A stretch of 64,000 nucleotides of DNA from Candidatus Latescibacterota bacterium (GTDB lineage: Bacteria > Latescibacterota > UBA2968 > UBA8231): the NCBI GenBank assembly GCA_965248355.1, contig OZ252098.1:1177858-1241857 (forward strand), read 5' to 3'. Numbering within the stretch: the stretch's first letter is position 1; each line of letters opens with the position of its first letter. Positions 37,545-49,513 of the stretch are shown here, one piece after another. A program made the position numbers and the translations under genes. A model generated the notes under the pieces. The model saw only the letters and a program-made list of their open reading frames with translations, was not told the origin of the DNA and did not search any database.

Positions 37545-37958
37545 TCAGCCTTCCTTCCCGTCGGGCTCCTCGGCCTCGGCCGCCGCAGGAGCCGCGACAC
37601 CGGGTCGGTCGAGAAGCTCGACGATGCACATCTCGGCGCCATCCCCGCGGCGGCTGCCGGTCTTGACGAGGCGGGTATATCCTCCGTGCCGCTCCGCGTA
37701 ACGCGGAGCGATCTCGTCGAAGAGTTTGGCCACGATGGACTTGTCCGGAATCTGACGCAGCACCTGGCGGCGGGCATGGAGGTCGCCGCGTTTGGCAAAG
37801 GTGATCATGTGCTCCGCCGCCCGCCGCAGAACCCGTCCGCGGGCGTCGGTGGTGCTCACCTGTTCGTGAGCGAACAGACTGCTCACCATGTTGGCGATCA
37901 TCGCCTTCCGGTGGCTCGCCTGCCGCCCGAGCTTGGGTGTTCGCCGGCGGTGTCGCAT
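37545..37958 (-). CDS. rplQ: 50S ribosomal protein L17
   Basis: MRHRRRTPKLGRQASHRKAM, GGYTRL, RRGDGAEM. Confidence 0.97.
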   Translation of the reverse strand: MRHRRRTPKLGRQASHRKAMIANMVSSLFAHEQVSTTDARGRVLRRAAEHMITFAKRGDLHARRQVLRQIPDKSIVAKLFDEIAPRYAERHGGYTRLVKTGSRRGDGAEMCIVELLDRPGVAAPAAAEAEEPDGKEG

Positions 37959-37963
37959 CTCTC

Positions 37964-38974
37964 CTAGTATTCCTCGGCCAGGGAGGCCGGCTCCTCCTCG
38001 ATCTCCACGTCCTCGTACTTGCTCACGTCCAGGCCCCAGGTAAGGTCCAAGGAGACGAGGATCTCTCCGAGCTCGTTCAGGGACTTGCGCCCGAAGTTCC
38101 GGAACTTGAGCATCTCCGCCTCGCTCTTGGATACCAACTCCTTGAGGGTGGAGATGCCCGCCGCCCGCAGGCAGTTGGCCGAGCGCACGGAGAGCTCCAG
38201 TTCGTCGATCTGCGTGGCCAGCAGCCTTGCGATGCGCTTGGTCTCCTCGTCGACTTCCTTCTCCAGCCCGGCCCCGGAGGGTTCCTCCTCGAAGTTGGCG
38301 ATCAGGCCGAGGTGCTCGATGAGGATGCGCGCCGCCTGGGCCACGGCGTCCTCAGGCCCCATGGACCCGTCCGTCCACACCTCCAGCATGAGGCGGTCGT
38401 AGTCGGTACGCCGACCAACGCGGGCGTTCTCGATGTCGTAGTTGACCTTCAGCACCGGCGAGTAGTTGGTGTCCAATGGGATCGTGCCGATGGGCTGGTC
38501 GGCGCTCCGGTTCTCCTCGGCGAATACGTAGCCCCGCCCCGTGCCAACGGTGAGGTCCATGTTGAGGCTCACGCCCTTGCCGAGGGTGGCGATGTGAAGA
38601 TCGGGGTTCATGATTTCCACGCTGGGGTCGACGGCCAGGTCCTTGGCGGTGACCTCACCCTTGGCTTCTACCCGCAGGGTGCGGTCCTCCTCGCCGTGGT
38701 ACCGGATGGCCACTTCCTTCAGGTTCAGCACGATCTCCGGGACGTCTTCGCGCACGCCCTTGACGACCGAGAACTCGTGCTGCACGCCTTCGATGCTCAG
38801 GGACTTGACGGCAGCGCCCTGAATCTGAGAAACCAGAACCCGGCGCAGCCCGTGCCCCACGGTGACCCCGAATCCGCGCTCCAGCGGCTGGAAGGTGAAC
38901 TTCCCGTAGGTGTTGGTGAGGCTCTCCCGATCGATCTCGAGGAGCCTCGGCATCTGGATGCCTTCGAGAGCCAT
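37964..38974 (-). CDS. rpoA: RNA polymerase alpha subunit
   Basis: PLERGFGVTVG, HEFSVVKGVREDV, LELSVRSANCL, NFGRKSLNE; ATG at 38974. Confidence 0.97.
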   Translation of the reverse strand: MALEGIQMPRLLEIDRESLTNTYGKFTFQPLERGFGVTVGHGLRRVLVSQIQGAAVKSLSIEGVQHEFSVVKGVREDVPEIVLNLKEVAIRYHGEEDRTLRVEAKGEVTAKDLAVDPSVEIMNPDLHIATLGKGVSLNMDLTVGTGRGYVFAEENRSADQPIGTIPLDTNYSPVLKVNYDIENARVGRRTDYDRLMLEVWTDGSMGPEDAVAQAARILIEHLGLIANFEEEPSGAGLEKEVDEETKRIARLLATQIDELELSVRSANCLRAAGISTLKELVSKSEAEMLKFRNFGRKSLNELGEILVSLDLTWGLDVSKYEDVEIEEEPASLAEEY

Positions 38975-39050
38975 GTGCTTCGCTATCCCTTGTGAAAGTC
39001 GTCGTTGCGATGCCGAACGGGCGGCGGTGTCCCGGTCGGAACCGGTTCTC

Positions 39051-39677
39051 CTAGACGCGGCTGTAGAACTCGATGACCAACTGCTCCTCCGCCGGCGTCG
39101 GTATGTCCTCGCGGCTGCCGCGCTCCACGACCGTGCCCGTGAGGTTGGCCTTGTCCACCGACAGCCAAGGCACCAACTCCCGGGAACGGCGGAGGGACTC
39201 GTGGATGATCTCCAGCTTCTTGCTGCCCTCGACCACGGCGATGACGTCGCCCGGGGCGGTGAGGTACGACGGGATATTGACCCGCTTGCCGTTGACGGTG
39301 AAGTGGTTGTGACGCACCAGTTGCCTGGCCGCCTTCCGCGATGGCGCCAGGCCAAGTCGGTAGACGATGCTGTCGAGGCGGCTTTCGAGCAGGCGCAGGA
39401 GATTCTCGCCGCTCACGCCGGGGACGCGCGTCGACTCGCGGTAGTACTTGCGGAACTGTCCCTCGCGCACCCCGTAGATCCGCGCCAGCTTTTGCTTGGC
39501 TCGCAGCTGCACGCTGTACTCGGACTGCTTCAGGCGCCTGCCCTGGCCGTGCTGTCCGGGACCGTAGCTGCGGCGCTCGAAGGCGCATTTCTCGAGCGTA
39601 CACCTCTCGCCCTTGAGGAACAGCTTGGCTCCCTCCCGGCGGCAGAGCCTGCAGTTGGGACCGGTATACCTGCTCAT
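39051..39677 (-). CDS. rpsD: 30S ribosomal protein S4
   Basis: [34 protein letters not shown]. Confidence 0.98.
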   Translation of the reverse strand: MSRYTGPNCRLCRREGAKLFLKGERCTLEKCAFERRSYGPGQHGQGRRLKQSEYSVQLRAKQKLARIYGVREGQFRKYYRESTRVPGVSGENLLRLLESRLDSIVYRLGLAPSRKAARQLVRHNHFTVNGKRVNIPSYLTAPGDVIAVVEGSKKLEIIHESLRRSRELVPWLSVDKANLTGTVVERGSREDIPTPAEEQLVIEFYSRV

Positions 39678-39698
39678 TCTCGTCGACCTCCGTGGGCC

Positions 39699-40091
39699 TC
39701 AGACACGGCGCCGCTTCGGGGGGCGGCAGCCGTTGTGGGGGACCGGTGTCATGTCGCGGATGGCAGCGATCTCGAGCCCCGCGTTCTGCAGGGAACGGAT
39801 CGCCGAGTCACGCCCGACGCCCGGACCCTTGACCCAGACCTCGACGCGGCGCAATCCCATGCTGATCGCCTCCTGGGCGGCCCTCTCCGCGGCCAGCTGG
39901 CCGGCGAAGGGCGTGGATTTGCGGCTGCCGCCGATGCCCACCTTGCCCGGTGTGGCCCAGGAGATCACGTTGCCCTCGACATCGGTCAGGGTGACGATGG
40001 TGTTGTTGAAGGTGGACAGGATGTGGGCGATGCCCAAAGCCTCCACCTTCTTCGATTTCCTGCGGCGGCGACGGCCTTTTTCGGGTGGCAA
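39699..40091 (-). CDS. rpsK: 30S ribosomal protein S11
   Basis: [33 protein letters not shown]. Confidence 0.98.
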   Translation of the reverse strand: MPPEKGRRRRRKSKKVEALGIAHILSTFNNTIVTLTDVEGNVISWATPGKVGIGGSRKSTPFAGQLAAERAAQEAISMGLRRVEVWVKGPGVGRDSAIRSLQNAGLEIAAIRDMTPVPHNGCRPPKRRRV

Positions 40092-40135
40092 ATCGGATCA
40101 ATCCCCTGTCGAAGTCAGTCTCTGACGGATTCGGT

Positions 40136-40513
40136 TCACTTTGTAGCCTTCTTCTTGCCGGCAATGGCTCGCCTCGGGCCCTTCCGTGTGCGGGCGTTGG
40201 TCTGCGTCCGCTGGCCTCTCACCGGCAGGCCCCGTCGGTGACGGAGACCCCGGTAGCAGCCCAAGTCCATGAGACGCTTGATGTTCATGTTCACCTCGCC
40301 GCGCAGGGAGCCCTCGACGCGGTACTTGCCCTCGATGATATTGCGCAGCTGCGTAACCTGCTGCTCCGAGAGGGAGCCCACGCGCGTGTCGGACGTGACC
40401 TGCGACTCGGACAGGATCGCCTCGGCCGAGGACCGGCCGAGGCCGTAGATGTAGGTCAGCCCCACGTCGATGCGCTTGTCCCGCGGAAGGTCGACCCCTG
40501 CGATTCGTGCCAT
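40136..40513 (-). CDS. rpsM: 30S ribosomal protein S13
   Basis: [36 protein letters not shown]. Confidence 0.98.
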   Translation of the reverse strand: MARIAGVDLPRDKRIDVGLTYIYGLGRSSAEAILSESQVTSDTRVGSLSEQQVTQLRNIIEGKYRVEGSLRGEVNMNIKRLMDLGCYRGLRHRRGLPVRGQRTQTNARTRKGPRRAIAGKKKATK

Positions 40514-40566
40514 TCGAGCTCTCTCCTCTTCGTGGGACCGGGATCCCACCCCTTGGCCGGTGCGCT

Positions 40567-40683
40567 CTACCCCTGGCGTTGCTTGTGCCGGGGATTGCGC
40601 TTGCAGATGACGCGCACCACGCCGTGACGGCGGATGACCTTGCAGTCGGCGCAACGCTTGGATACGGATGCTCGGACCTTCAT
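40567..40683 (-). CDS. rpmJ: 50S ribosomal protein L36 (not in the ORF track)
   Basis: Manual translation [38 protein letters not shown]. Confidence 0.96.
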   Translation of the reverse strand: MKVRASVSKRCADCKVIRRHGVVRVICKRNPRHKQRQG

Positions 40684-40708
40684 GGCGAACCCCTTGTTGC
40701 GCGAGCCG

Positions 40709-42043
<1,335 letters not shown>

Positions 42044-42050
42044 GCCGGAC

Positions 42051-42515
42051 TCAGCTCGCCTTCTCGGCCAGGGTTTCGAAGGAACCGCCGGCGGATTCGA
42101 TCTTCTCCCGCGCCGCCCGGGAGGCGGCGTGGGCCCGCAGGACGAGCGGATTGGTCAACTCGCCGTCGCCGAGGATCTTCACCCGATCGGTTGCCTTGCG
42201 GACCAGCCCCGCCCGGGCGAGCTCGGCTGTACCTATCTCCCCGGAGAGTCCAGCCCCCTGGATGGCTCCCACGTTGACGATCTGGTATTCCACCCGGAAT
42301 CTCTGGTTCGAGAATCCGACCTTCGGCAGACGGCGGTGCAGGGGCATCTGCCCTCCCTCGAAGCCTGTGCGACGGCCTCGACGGGCGCCGGAACGAGAGC
42401 GCTGGCCATTGTGGCCGCGGCCGGCGGTCTTGCCCCTGCCAGAGCCCGGGCCTTTCCCCTTCCGGGTGGCCGACCGGCGGGAGCCGGGCGGGGGACTCAG
42501 TTCTCCTAGTCGCAT
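42051..42515 (-). CDS. rplO: 50S ribosomal protein L15
   Basis: GSGRGKTAGRGHNGQ, FEGGQMPLHRRLPKVGF. Confidence 0.97.
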   Translation of the reverse strand: MRLGELSPPPGSRRSATRKGKGPGSGRGKTAGRGHNGQRSRSGARRGRRTGFEGGQMPLHRRLPKVGFSNQRFRVEYQIVNVGAIQGAGLSGEIGTAELARAGLVRKATDRVKILGDGELTNPLVLRAHAASRAAREKIESAGGSFETLAEKAS

Positions 42516-42528
42516 GGTCGCCGCTCCT

Positions 42529-42714
42529 TCAGGGCCCTTCCTGTTCCACTACCTCGACGAGGTGCACCACCTTCGCGAGCATACCGCGGATCTGCGGAGT
42601 GTCCTCGTGGAGGACGACCTGGTGCAGCCGCCGGATGCCCAGGGCACGGATCGTGCGCTGCTGCTTGCGGGAACGCCCTATGGCGCTGCGCCGCTGCGTG
42701 ATGGCGAGCTTCAC
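42529..42714 (-). CDS. rpmD: 50S ribosomal protein L30
   Basis: [25 protein letters not shown]. Confidence 0.95.
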   Translation of the reverse strand: MKLAITQRRSAIGRSRKQQRTIRALGIRRLHQVVLHEDTPQIRGMLAKVVHLVEVVEQEGP

Positions 42715-43217
42715 CGCAAGCTCTCCACGGCCACTCCCCGAATGCGGGCCACCTCCTCGGCATCGCGCAGGTGGCGCAATCCGTCGAGGGTGGCCTTGAT
42801 GGTATTGTGCGAGTTGCCCGATCCGAGGGACTTGGTGAGGATGTCACTGATACCCGCCAGGTCGAGAACGATCCGGACGCCGCCGCTGGCGATCACCCCG
42901 GTTCCGGGAGAGGCCGGCTTCAGCAGCACGCGGGCGGCGCCGAATCGACCGATGATCTCATGGGGGATCGTTCCCAGGGCGACGGGGATGCGGAGGATCT
43001 CCTTCTTCGCCTCCTCCGTGGCCTTGCGGATGGCCTCAGCCACCTCCCCCGCCTTGCCTGCACCCACGCCCACGTGTCCAGCGCGGTCCCCGGCCACGAC
43101 CATGGCGGTGAAGGAGAAGTTCCTGCCTCCCTTGCGCACGTGGGAGACACGTCGCACGCTGTTCTGAACGACCACCTCTGTGAGCTCAAGGTTGCTTGCG
43201 TCGATTCGGGATGCCAT
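42711..43217 (-). CDS. rpsE: 30S ribosomal protein S5
   Basis: [31 protein letters not shown]. Confidence 0.96.
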   Translation of the reverse strand: MASRIDASNLELTEVVVQNSVRRVSHVRKGGRNFSFTAMVVAGDRAGHVGVGAGKAGEVAEAIRKATEEAKKEILRIPVALGTIPHEIIGRFGAARVLLKPASPGTGVIASGGVRIVLDLAGISDILTKSLGSGNSHNTIKATLDGLRHLRDAEEVARIRGVAVESLR

Positions 43218-43239
43218 TCTCTCTCTCGATCTCAGTCGC

Positions 43240-43602
43240 TTAGAACTTCAGGCCGCCCTCGCGAGCGCCTTCGGCGACAGCCCGCACGATGCCGTGATAG
43301 TGCAGTCCGGCCCGGTCGAAGACGACTCGCTCGACCCCCTTCTCCCGCGCCTTCGAGGCCAACAGACGGCCCAGCGCCTTGCCCTGCTCGAGGCGAGGAC
43401 CGGAGCGCTCGAAATCCTTCGCCAGCGTCGACAGGCCGACGACGGAATGACCGGCCAGATCGTCGATGATCTGCGCCTCGATGTTCCGCAGGCTCCTGTG
43501 AACCACCAGACGGGGCCGCTCCCGGGTTCCCACCACCTTCTTGCGGATTCGAAACCGCCGCCGCTGACGAGCGGCGCCCTTCCTCTGTTGCTTGGTGGCC
43601 AT
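43240..43602 (-). CDS. rplR: 50S ribosomal protein L18
   Basis: [33 protein letters not shown]. Confidence 0.97.
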   Translation of the reverse strand: MATKQQRKGAARQRRRFRIRKKVVGTRERPRLVVHRSLRNIEAQIIDDLAGHSVVGLSTLAKDFERSGPRLEQGKALGRLLASKAREKGVERVVFDRAGLHYHGIVRAVAEGAREGGLKF

Positions 43603-44159
43603 CAGGCAACCGCCGACTTTCCGGCCTTCCAGTGAATGACCTCGTTCTCGTAGCGAATCCCCTTCCCCTTGTAGGGATCGGGCTTGCGCTTCTGGCGGAT
43701 CTCCGCGGCCACTTGCCCCACCTTCTGCTTGTCGATGCCGGTGACGACGATGCGCGCCTGGGCGCCGGCCACGGGGTTGGTGATGGCTAGGTCCACTCCC
43801 GGGGGCGGCTCGTAGTCGACCTGGTGCGAGTAGCCCACGTTCAGCCTCAACGTTCCTCCCTGGACCTCGGCGCGGTAACCCACGCCGAACAACTCCAGGT
43901 TCTTTGAGAACCCCAGGGTGACGCCCTCCACGGCGTTGGCCACCAGCGACCGGGTCAATCCGTGCAAGGCCATGGCCTCCTTGGTCTCCCTCTCGCGCCC
44001 GACCACCACCTCCTGGCCGGTGACGGCCACCTCGATGAAATCGGTGCGATAGTCGAGAGCCAGTGCTCCCTTTGGTCCCTTCACCTTCACCTGCCCCCCC
44101 TGGACACTCACCTCGACCCCCTGGGGAAGGGGGATGGGTTGTTTGCCTACGCGTGACAT
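43602..44159 (-). CDS. rplF: 50S ribosomal protein L6
   Basis: MSRVGKQPI, VKGPKG, PDPYKGKGIRY. Confidence 0.98.
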   Translation of the reverse strand: MSRVGKQPIPLPQGVEVSVQGGQVKVKGPKGALALDYRTDFIEVAVTGQEVVVGRERETKEAMALHGLTRSLVANAVEGVTLGFSKNLELFGVGYRAEVQGGTLRLNVGYSHQVDYEPPPGVDLAITNPVAGAQARIVVTGIDKQKVGQVAAEIRQKRKPDPYKGKGIRYENEVIHWKAGKSAVA

Positions 44160-44175
44160 GGTCGGCTCCGAGTCG

Positions 44176-44574
44176 CTACCACACGCTGCACAGGACTTCG
44201 CCGCCGATCCCGGCCCGGCGCGCGTCGCGGTCGGTCATGACACCTCGCGAGGTGGAGAGGATGGCCACGCCCAGACCCCGCCGGACCCGCGGCAATCCAT
44301 CCTTCGCGGCGTACTGCCGCAAACCCGGTCTGCTGAGACGGCGAATCCCCTGGATGATGCTCTCGTTGGACCCGTCGTAGCGCAGATAGAGGCGCAACTG
44401 GCCCTGCTTGCCGTCGTCGTAAAAGGCGAAGTTGTCGATGAAGCGCTCCTCCGCCAGGACGCGGGCGATTTCTCGCTTGAGTCGCGAGGCGGGGATCTCG
44501 ACGCTGCGGTGCCCGGCCTGGGCGGCATTGCGGATCCGGGTCAACAGGTCGGCGATGGGGTCGGTCATGCTCAT
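44176..44574 (-). CDS. rpsH: 30S ribosomal protein S8
   Basis: [30 protein letters not shown]. Confidence 0.98.
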   Translation of the reverse strand: MSMTDPIADLLTRIRNAAQAGHRSVEIPASRLKREIARVLAEERFIDNFAFYDDGKQGQLRLYLRYDGSNESIIQGIRRLSRPGLRQYAAKDGLPRVRRGLGVAILSTSRGVMTDRDARRAGIGGEVLCSVW

Positions 44575-44584
44575 GGCCGGCTGC

Positions 44585-44770
44585 CTACCAACTCGCCTTG
44601 GTCACACCGGGGATCTCGCCCCGCAGTGCCAACTCGCGGAAGCAGATCCGGCACAGGGCGAACTTGCGGTAGACGGCTCGAGGTCGACCGCAGCGCTGGC
44701 ACCTCGTGTACTTCCGGACCTTGAATCTCGGCTCGCGGGCCGCCTTGATCATCAGGCACTTCTTGGGCAT
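44585..44770 (-). CDS. rpsN: 30S ribosomal protein S14, zinc-binding type
   Basis: [28 protein letters not shown]. Confidence 0.97.
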   Translation of the reverse strand: MPKKCLMIKAAREPRFKVRKYTRCQRCGRPRAVYRKFALCRICFRELALRGEIPGVTKASW

Positions 44771-44787
44771 TCGCTCTCCAAGTCCGT

Positions 44788-45333
44788 TCAGTTGCTGAAG
44801 GGCACGCCGAACTGGCGAAGGAGTTCCTTGGCTTCCTCGTCGGTGCGCGCGCTCGTGACGAAGGTGATGTTCATGCCGCGGATCTGGTCGACCCGGTCAT
44901 AGACGATCTCGGGAAAGATGATCTGTTCCCGGATGCCCAGATTGTAGTTGCCGCGGCCGTCGAACCCCTTGGAGGGAACACCGCGGAAGTCGCGCGACTG
45001 AGGCAGGGCGAAATTGACGAGACGATCGAAGAACTCGTACATCCGCTCGCGGCGCAGGGTCACCACGGCGCCGATGGGCATCCCTTGGCGCAGCTTGAAG
45101 TTGGAGATCGCCTTTTTCGAGCGCCGCAACGCCGGCTTCTGACCGCTGATAGCCGTCAACTCGCCCAGCACCGTATCGAGGACCTTCGGTTCCTGTACCG
45201 CCTCTCCCACGCCCGCATTGATGACGATCTTCTCCAGCTGCGGGACCTCCATTGGGTTCGCGTATTCGAAGCGCTCGCGCAGGGCGGGGGCGACCTGGCT
45301 CCTGTAGTGTTCCTTGAGTCGTGCCGTGGCCAT
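44788..45333 (-). CDS. rplE: 50S ribosomal protein L5
   Basis: [30 protein letters not shown]. Confidence 0.98.
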   Translation of the reverse strand: MATARLKEHYRSQVAPALRERFEYANPMEVPQLEKIVINAGVGEAVQEPKVLDTVLGELTAISGQKPALRRSKKAISNFKLRQGMPIGAVVTLRRERMYEFFDRLVNFALPQSRDFRGVPSKGFDGRGNYNLGIREQIIFPEIVYDRVDQIRGMNITFVTSARTDEEAKELLRQFGVPFSN

Positions 45334-45345
45334 TCCGTGGACCCT

Positions 45346-45663
45346 CTATTGAGAATCGATCATCTCGCCGCTGCGAGCGGCGACGCGGACAGTGCGGCCA
45401 TCGTCGAGGGACCGCCGACGGACACGCGTTGGCGCATCGGTCTTCGGATCGACGACCATGACGTTGGATACGTGGATCGGGGCCTCGCGCTCGACGATTC
45501 CGCCCTGAGGATCGCGCTGGGTGGGCTTGGTGTGCTTCTTCATCATGCGCACGCCTTCGACGATAACGCGGTCCTGGTCGGGATAGACGCGCAGCACGCG
45601 GCCCCTCCGGCCCTTGTCGTTGCCGCCGATGATCAGGACCATGTCGTCTTTCTTGACCTTCAT
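45346..45663 (-). CDS. rplX: 50S ribosomal protein L24
   Basis: KOW motif, GGIVEREAPIHVSNV. Confidence 0.97.
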   Translation of the reverse strand: MKVKKDDMVLIIGGNDKGRRGRVLRVYPDQDRVIVEGVRMMKKHTKPTQRDPQGGIVEREAPIHVSNVMVVDPKTDAPTRVRRRSLDDGRTVRVAARSGEMIDSQ

Positions 45664-45667
45664 CGCT

Positions 45668-46036
45668 CTAGACCACCTCGGGCGCGAGGGAGACGATCCG
45701 CATGAACTGTCGGTCCCGAAGCTCGCGCGCCACGGGTCCGAAGATGCGCGTACCCCGGGGCTCGTTGTTCTGATCGACCAAGACGGCGGCGTTGTCGTCG
45801 AAGCGGATGTATGAGCCGTCCGGGCGCCGGAACTCCTTCTTCGTGCGCACCACCACCGCCCGGGCCACTTCCCCCTCCTTGAGGGGGCCGTTGGGGATCA
45901 CGTCGTGGACGGCCACGACCACCAAGTCGCCCACGCCCGCATAGCGACGCTTGGAGCCGCCGAGCACACGGATGCACTTGGCTCTGCGCGCGCCGGCGTT
46001 GTCGGCCATGCGCAGGATGGAGTATTCGTGGACCAC
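45668..46036 (-). CDS. rplN: 50S ribosomal protein L14
   Basis: [35 protein letters not shown]. Confidence 0.97.
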   Translation of the reverse strand: MVHEYSILRMADNAGARRAKCIRVLGGSKRRYAGVGDLVVVAVHDVIPNGPLKEGEVARAVVVRTKKEFRRPDGSYIRFDDNAAVLVDQNNEPRGTRIFGPVARELRDRQFMRIVSLAPEVV

Positions 46037-46039
46037 GGC

Positions 46040-46306
46040 TCAACCGGCCTTCTGAATGATCTCGACCAAGCGCCAGCGCTTGGTCTTGCTCAGGGGCCGG
46101 CACTCGCGGATACGGACCATGTCTCCCACGCCCGACTCGTTGCGCTCGTCGTGGGTCACGGCCCTTGTGGTGCGCGAGATGCCCTTGCCGTACAGCCGGT
46201 GGGAGGACCGGATCTCGATGGCCACAACGCGCGTCTTCTCGGTGCTGGCCTTGACGACGCGACCCTCCGCCAGGCGACCTCCGAATGTTCTCTTCCCCTC
46301 CTCCAT
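46040..46306 (-). CDS. rpsQ: 30S ribosomal protein S17
   Basis: HDERN..GD.VRIRECRPLSKTKRWRLV; operon position. Confidence 0.93.
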   Translation of the reverse strand: MEEGKRTFGGRLAEGRVVKASTEKTRVVAIEIRSSHRLYGKGISRTTRAVTHDERNESGVGDMVRIRECRPLSKTKRWRLVEIIQKAG

Positions 46307-46313
46307 GAATTCC

Positions 46314-46550
46314 TCAGGCTGGTTGTATGTCGCCGGCGTCGGCACCCGCCACGGGCCGAATCCCCGTCCTGCTCTCGTGGAGCAAGGTGTGCACCCGGGC
46401 GATCTCCCGGCGCACTTGGCGCAGCCGGATGGGGCTGCTCAACTGACCGAGGGTGTGTTGGAAGCGCAGGTTGAAGCTCTCCTCTTCGAGTTCCTCGAGT
46501 CGCGTGTTCAATTCTTCGACGTTCTGCTCTCTCAGCTCACTCGCCTTCAT
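46314..46550 (-). CDS. rpmC: 50S ribosomal protein L29
   Basis: [24 protein letters not shown]. Confidence 0.95.
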   Translation of the reverse strand: MKASELREQNVEELNTRLEELEEESFNLRFQHTLGQLSSPIRLRQVRREIARVHTLLHESRTGIRPVAGADAGDIQPA

Positions 46551-46557
46551 GGGATCC

Positions 46558-46968
46558 TCAACCGAGGCGCTCGACGAACTTCGTCTTGATGGGCAGCTTG
46601 TGACCAGCCCGGCGCAGGGCCTCCTTGGCCATCTCGGGGGTGACACCCGACAACTCGAACATGACGCGACCCGGCTTGACCACGGCCACCCAGTCCTCGG
46701 GGGCTCCCTTGCCCTTTCCCATGCGCGTCTCTGCCGGCTTCTTCGTCAACGGCTTGTCGGGGAAGATGCGAATCCACAGCTTGCCCGTGCGGCTCATGGC
46801 TCGGCTGATGGCCACCCGGGCCGCCTCGATCTGGCGGCTGGTGATCCAGCCCGGCTCGAGGGCCTTGAGGCCGAACTCCCCGAAGGAGACCAGCGCCCCG
46901 CCCTTCGTCTGGCCGCGCATGCGGCCTCGGGACTGCTTGCGCCACTCGACCTTCTTCGGCATCAACAT
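46558..46968 (-). CDS. rplP: 50S ribosomal protein L16
   Basis: [22 protein letters not shown]. Confidence 0.98.
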   Translation of the reverse strand: MLMPKKVEWRKQSRGRMRGQTKGGALVSFGEFGLKALEPGWITSRQIEAARVAISRAMSRTGKLWIRIFPDKPLTKKPAETRMGKGKGAPEDWVAVVKPGRVMFELSGVTPEMAKEALRRAGHKLPIKTKFVERLG

Positions 46969-47005
46969 GGAGTGTCCGCTCCTTGTTGCGCGTCATTCCT
47001 CGGTC

Positions 47006-47635
47006 TCAATCGACCATCTCACCGTGACAGATCCACACCTTGACACCCACGGTACCCGAAACGGTGAAGGCCGTCGACCTGGCGAAGTCGATGTCGGACC
47101 GGAGGGTGTGGAGCGGCACCCGGCCCGCCGGCTCCGAGCGCTCCCGGCGCGACATCTCGGAACCGCCGATGCGTCCGGCGCACTCGATGCGGATGCCCTC
47201 CGCCCCCATGCGCATGGACGAGGCCACGGATTTCTTGATCGATCGGCGGAAGGCCACCCGCTGCTCGAGCTGCCGGGCCAGGTTGTCGGCCACCAGTTGG
47301 GCGTCGAGCTCGGGTTTCTTGACCTCCTGGATATTCAGGGTCACGTCCTTCTGCGTCAGCGTCTTCAACTCGTCCCGAAGCTTGTCCACCTCGGCGCCGC
47401 GGCGGCCGATGGCGATGCCCGGGCGCGCCGTATGCACCTCGATGGTGACCCGCTTCGGGTGGCGCTCGATGTTGACGCGGGAAACCCCGGCCCGCTGCAG
47501 GCGCTGGCGGATGTAACGGCGCAGGGTGATGTCCTCTCCCAGAAGTCCGGAGAAATCCCGCTCAGCGAACCAGTTCGAGCTCCAGGTCTTGATGATGCCC
47601 AGGCGCAAACCGTAGGGATGCGTTTTCTGACCCAA
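47006..47635 (-). CDS. rpsC: 30S ribosomal protein S3 (TTG start)
   Basis: [33 protein letters not shown]. Confidence 0.97.
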   Translation of the reverse strand: MGQKTHPYGLRLGIIKTWSSNWFAERDFSGLLGEDITLRRYIRQRLQRAGVSRVNIERHPKRVTIEVHTARPGIAIGRRGAEVDKLRDELKTLTQKDVTLNIQEVKKPELDAQLVADNLARQLEQRVAFRRSIKKSVASSMRMGAEGIRIECAGRIGGSEMSRRERSEPAGRVPLHTLRSDIDFARSTAFTVSGTVGVKVWICHGEMVD

Positions 47636-47646
47636 GTTTCCCTTCC

Positions 47647-48063
47647 TTACTCGTCCACGGGGGGAGCGGTCTCTTCGGGCTCCTCGTCCGGGGCCACCGG
47701 CACCCCGTCGGGACGGCCATCGGAGACGACGATGGTGAGGTGGCTCTGGCGCTTCAGGATCCGGTTCGCGGCCCCCCGGGCGCGCGGGCGAAGGCGTTTC
47801 ACGGTCCGGCCCTGGTCGGCGTACACCCGGTGGATGAAGAGCTCCTCCACCTGCGGGGCGGCGTCGGCCTCCTCGTCCTCCCGGACCGTGGCGTTGGCGA
47901 TGGCGGATCGCAAGGTTTTCTCGGCAACGCGGGCGGCGAGTCGGGGGGTAAACTGCAATAAGGCCAAGGCCTCCTCCACCGGCTTGCCGCGGATCAGGTC
48001 AATGACTTGGCGCATCTTTGTGGCCGGGATGCCGATGTGCCTGTGTATGGCGCGCGCTTCCAC
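47647..48063 (-). CDS. rplV: 50S ribosomal protein L22
   Basis: [40 protein letters not shown]; GTG at 48063. Confidence 0.95.
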   Translation of the reverse strand: MEARAIHRHIGIPATKMRQVIDLIRGKPVEEALALLQFTPRLAARVAEKTLRSAIANATVREDEEADAAPQVEELFIHRVYADQGRTVKRLRPRARGAANRILKRQSHLTIVVSDGRPDGVPVAPDEEPEETAPPVDE

Positions 48064-48064
48064 G

Positions 48065-48352
48065 TTATCGGACGCCGGTGGTGCGCTCGCTGGACCGCCC
48101 CCCGTGACTGCGGAAGGTCCGGGTAGGGGCGAACTCGCCGAGCTTGTGTCCCACCATGTTCTCCGTGATGTATACCGGGATGAATTTGTTGCCGTTGTGC
48201 ACCGCAAGGGTGTGTCCCACAAAGTCGGGGGTGATAGTAGAACGCCTCGACCAAGTGCGCAGGACCTTCCTGTCCCCGGTCTTGTTCATGACCTCGATCT
48301 TCTCGGCGAGATGGTCATCCACGAAGGGACCTTTCTTGATCGACCGTGCCAC
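48065..48352 (-). CDS. rpsS: 30S ribosomal protein S19
   Basis: [28 protein letters not shown]. Confidence 0.98.
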   Translation of the reverse strand: MARSIKKGPFVDDHLAEKIEVMNKTGDRKVLRTWSRRSTITPDFVGHTLAVHNGNKFIPVYITENMVGHKLGEFAPTRTFRSHGGRSSERTTGVR

Positions 48353-48371
48353 TTCGTCTTCCCTCCCTTGC

Positions 48372-49208
48372 TTACCTGCGGTTCCGTCGGCGCACGATCC
48401 AGGCGTTGGACGCCTTCTTGCGCTTCCGGGTCTTGTAGCCCTTTGTCGGCTTGCCCCAAGGCGTGACCGGATGGCGCCCGCCGGAGGACTTCCCCTCGCC
48501 TCCGCCGTGGGGATGGTCCACCGGGTTCATGACCACCCCGCGGACCTTCGGCCGCCGGCCGAGCCAGCGAGCCCGGCCGGCCTTGCCCAGCACCACGTTC
48601 TGATGGTCGACGTTGCCCACTTGGCCGATCGTGGCCTGACAGATGCTCAGGACCTCCCGGATCTCACCCGAGGGCAGGCGGAGCTGAACCCGGCCATCCT
48701 CCTCGTCCCGTCCCATGATCTGAACCTCTGAGCCCGCACTGCGGGCCATGCGGCCACCCTGGCCGGGGTTCAACTCCACGTTGTGGACGGTGGTGCCCAC
48801 CGGAATCCGCAACAGGGGCAGGGCATTGCCCAGGGCGATGGGGGCCTCCGCTCCGGCCTGTACCGTGGCGCCCACGGACAGGCCGTTGGGGGCGAGGATG
48901 TACCGCCTGTCGCCGTCGCGGTAGATGACCAGGGCGATGAAGGCGGAGCGGTTGGGATCGTACTCGATGCTGGCGACGCGACCCGGCACGCCGTGGTTGT
49001 TGCGGCGGAAATCGATCCTGCGGTAACGCCGCTTGTGCCCGCCACCCCGCCGCCGGGCGGTGATCCGTCCGCGGCTGTTGCGTCCGCCGGACTTGGAGAG
49101 GGGCGCCGTAAGGGACTTCTCGGGGCCCTCGGTGGTGACTTCGGCAAAGGCGTTGACCGATTTGAAGCGCTGTGTCGGCGTGACGGGTCGGAACCTCTTG
49201 ATCGGCAT
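48372..49208 (-). CDS. rplB: 50S ribosomal protein L2
   Basis: [22 protein letters not shown]. Confidence 0.98.
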   Translation of the reverse strand: MPIKRFRPVTPTQRFKSVNAFAEVTTEGPEKSLTAPLSKSGGRNSRGRITARRRGGGHKRRYRRIDFRRNNHGVPGRVASIEYDPNRSAFIALVIYRDGDRRYILAPNGLSVGATVQAGAEAPIALGNALPLLRIPVGTTVHNVELNPGQGGRMARSAGSEVQIMGRDEEDGRVQLRLPSGEIREVLSICQATIGQVGNVDHQNVVLGKAGRARWLGRRPKVRGVVMNPVDHPHGGGEGKSSGGRHPVTPWGKPTKGYKTRKRKKASNAWIVRRRNRR

Positions 49209-49223
49209 CTTGGATCTCGCGAA

Positions 49224-49511
49224 CTAGAGGTTCTCGATGAGCTCGATGGAGTCGCCGGCCCGCAACTTGACGTAGGCCTTCTTCCAGGCCGAAGTGTAGC
49301 CCTTGTAGACGCCCTGGCGCTTCGGCTTGCGCCGGACGGCAACCGTACGGACAGCCTCGACCTTGACGTCGAAGATCGACTCCACGGCCCGGCGGATCTG
49401 CACCTTGTTGGCCCGCGGGTCGACACGGAAGGTGTAGACATTGGCATCGCGCAGGGCCGTGGCCTTCTCGGTGATCACCGGAGTCCTGAGGATGCCGCGC
49501 ATCCCTGCCAT
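49224..49511 (-). CDS. rplW: 50S ribosomal protein L23
   Basis: PVITEKA, ANKVQIRRAVE, WKKAYVKL. Confidence 0.97.
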   Translation of the reverse strand: MAGMRGILRTPVITEKATALRDANVYTFRVDPRANKVQIRRAVESIFDVKVEAVRTVAVRRKPKRQGVYKGYTSAWKKAYVKLRAGDSIELIENL

Positions 49512-49513
49512 CC

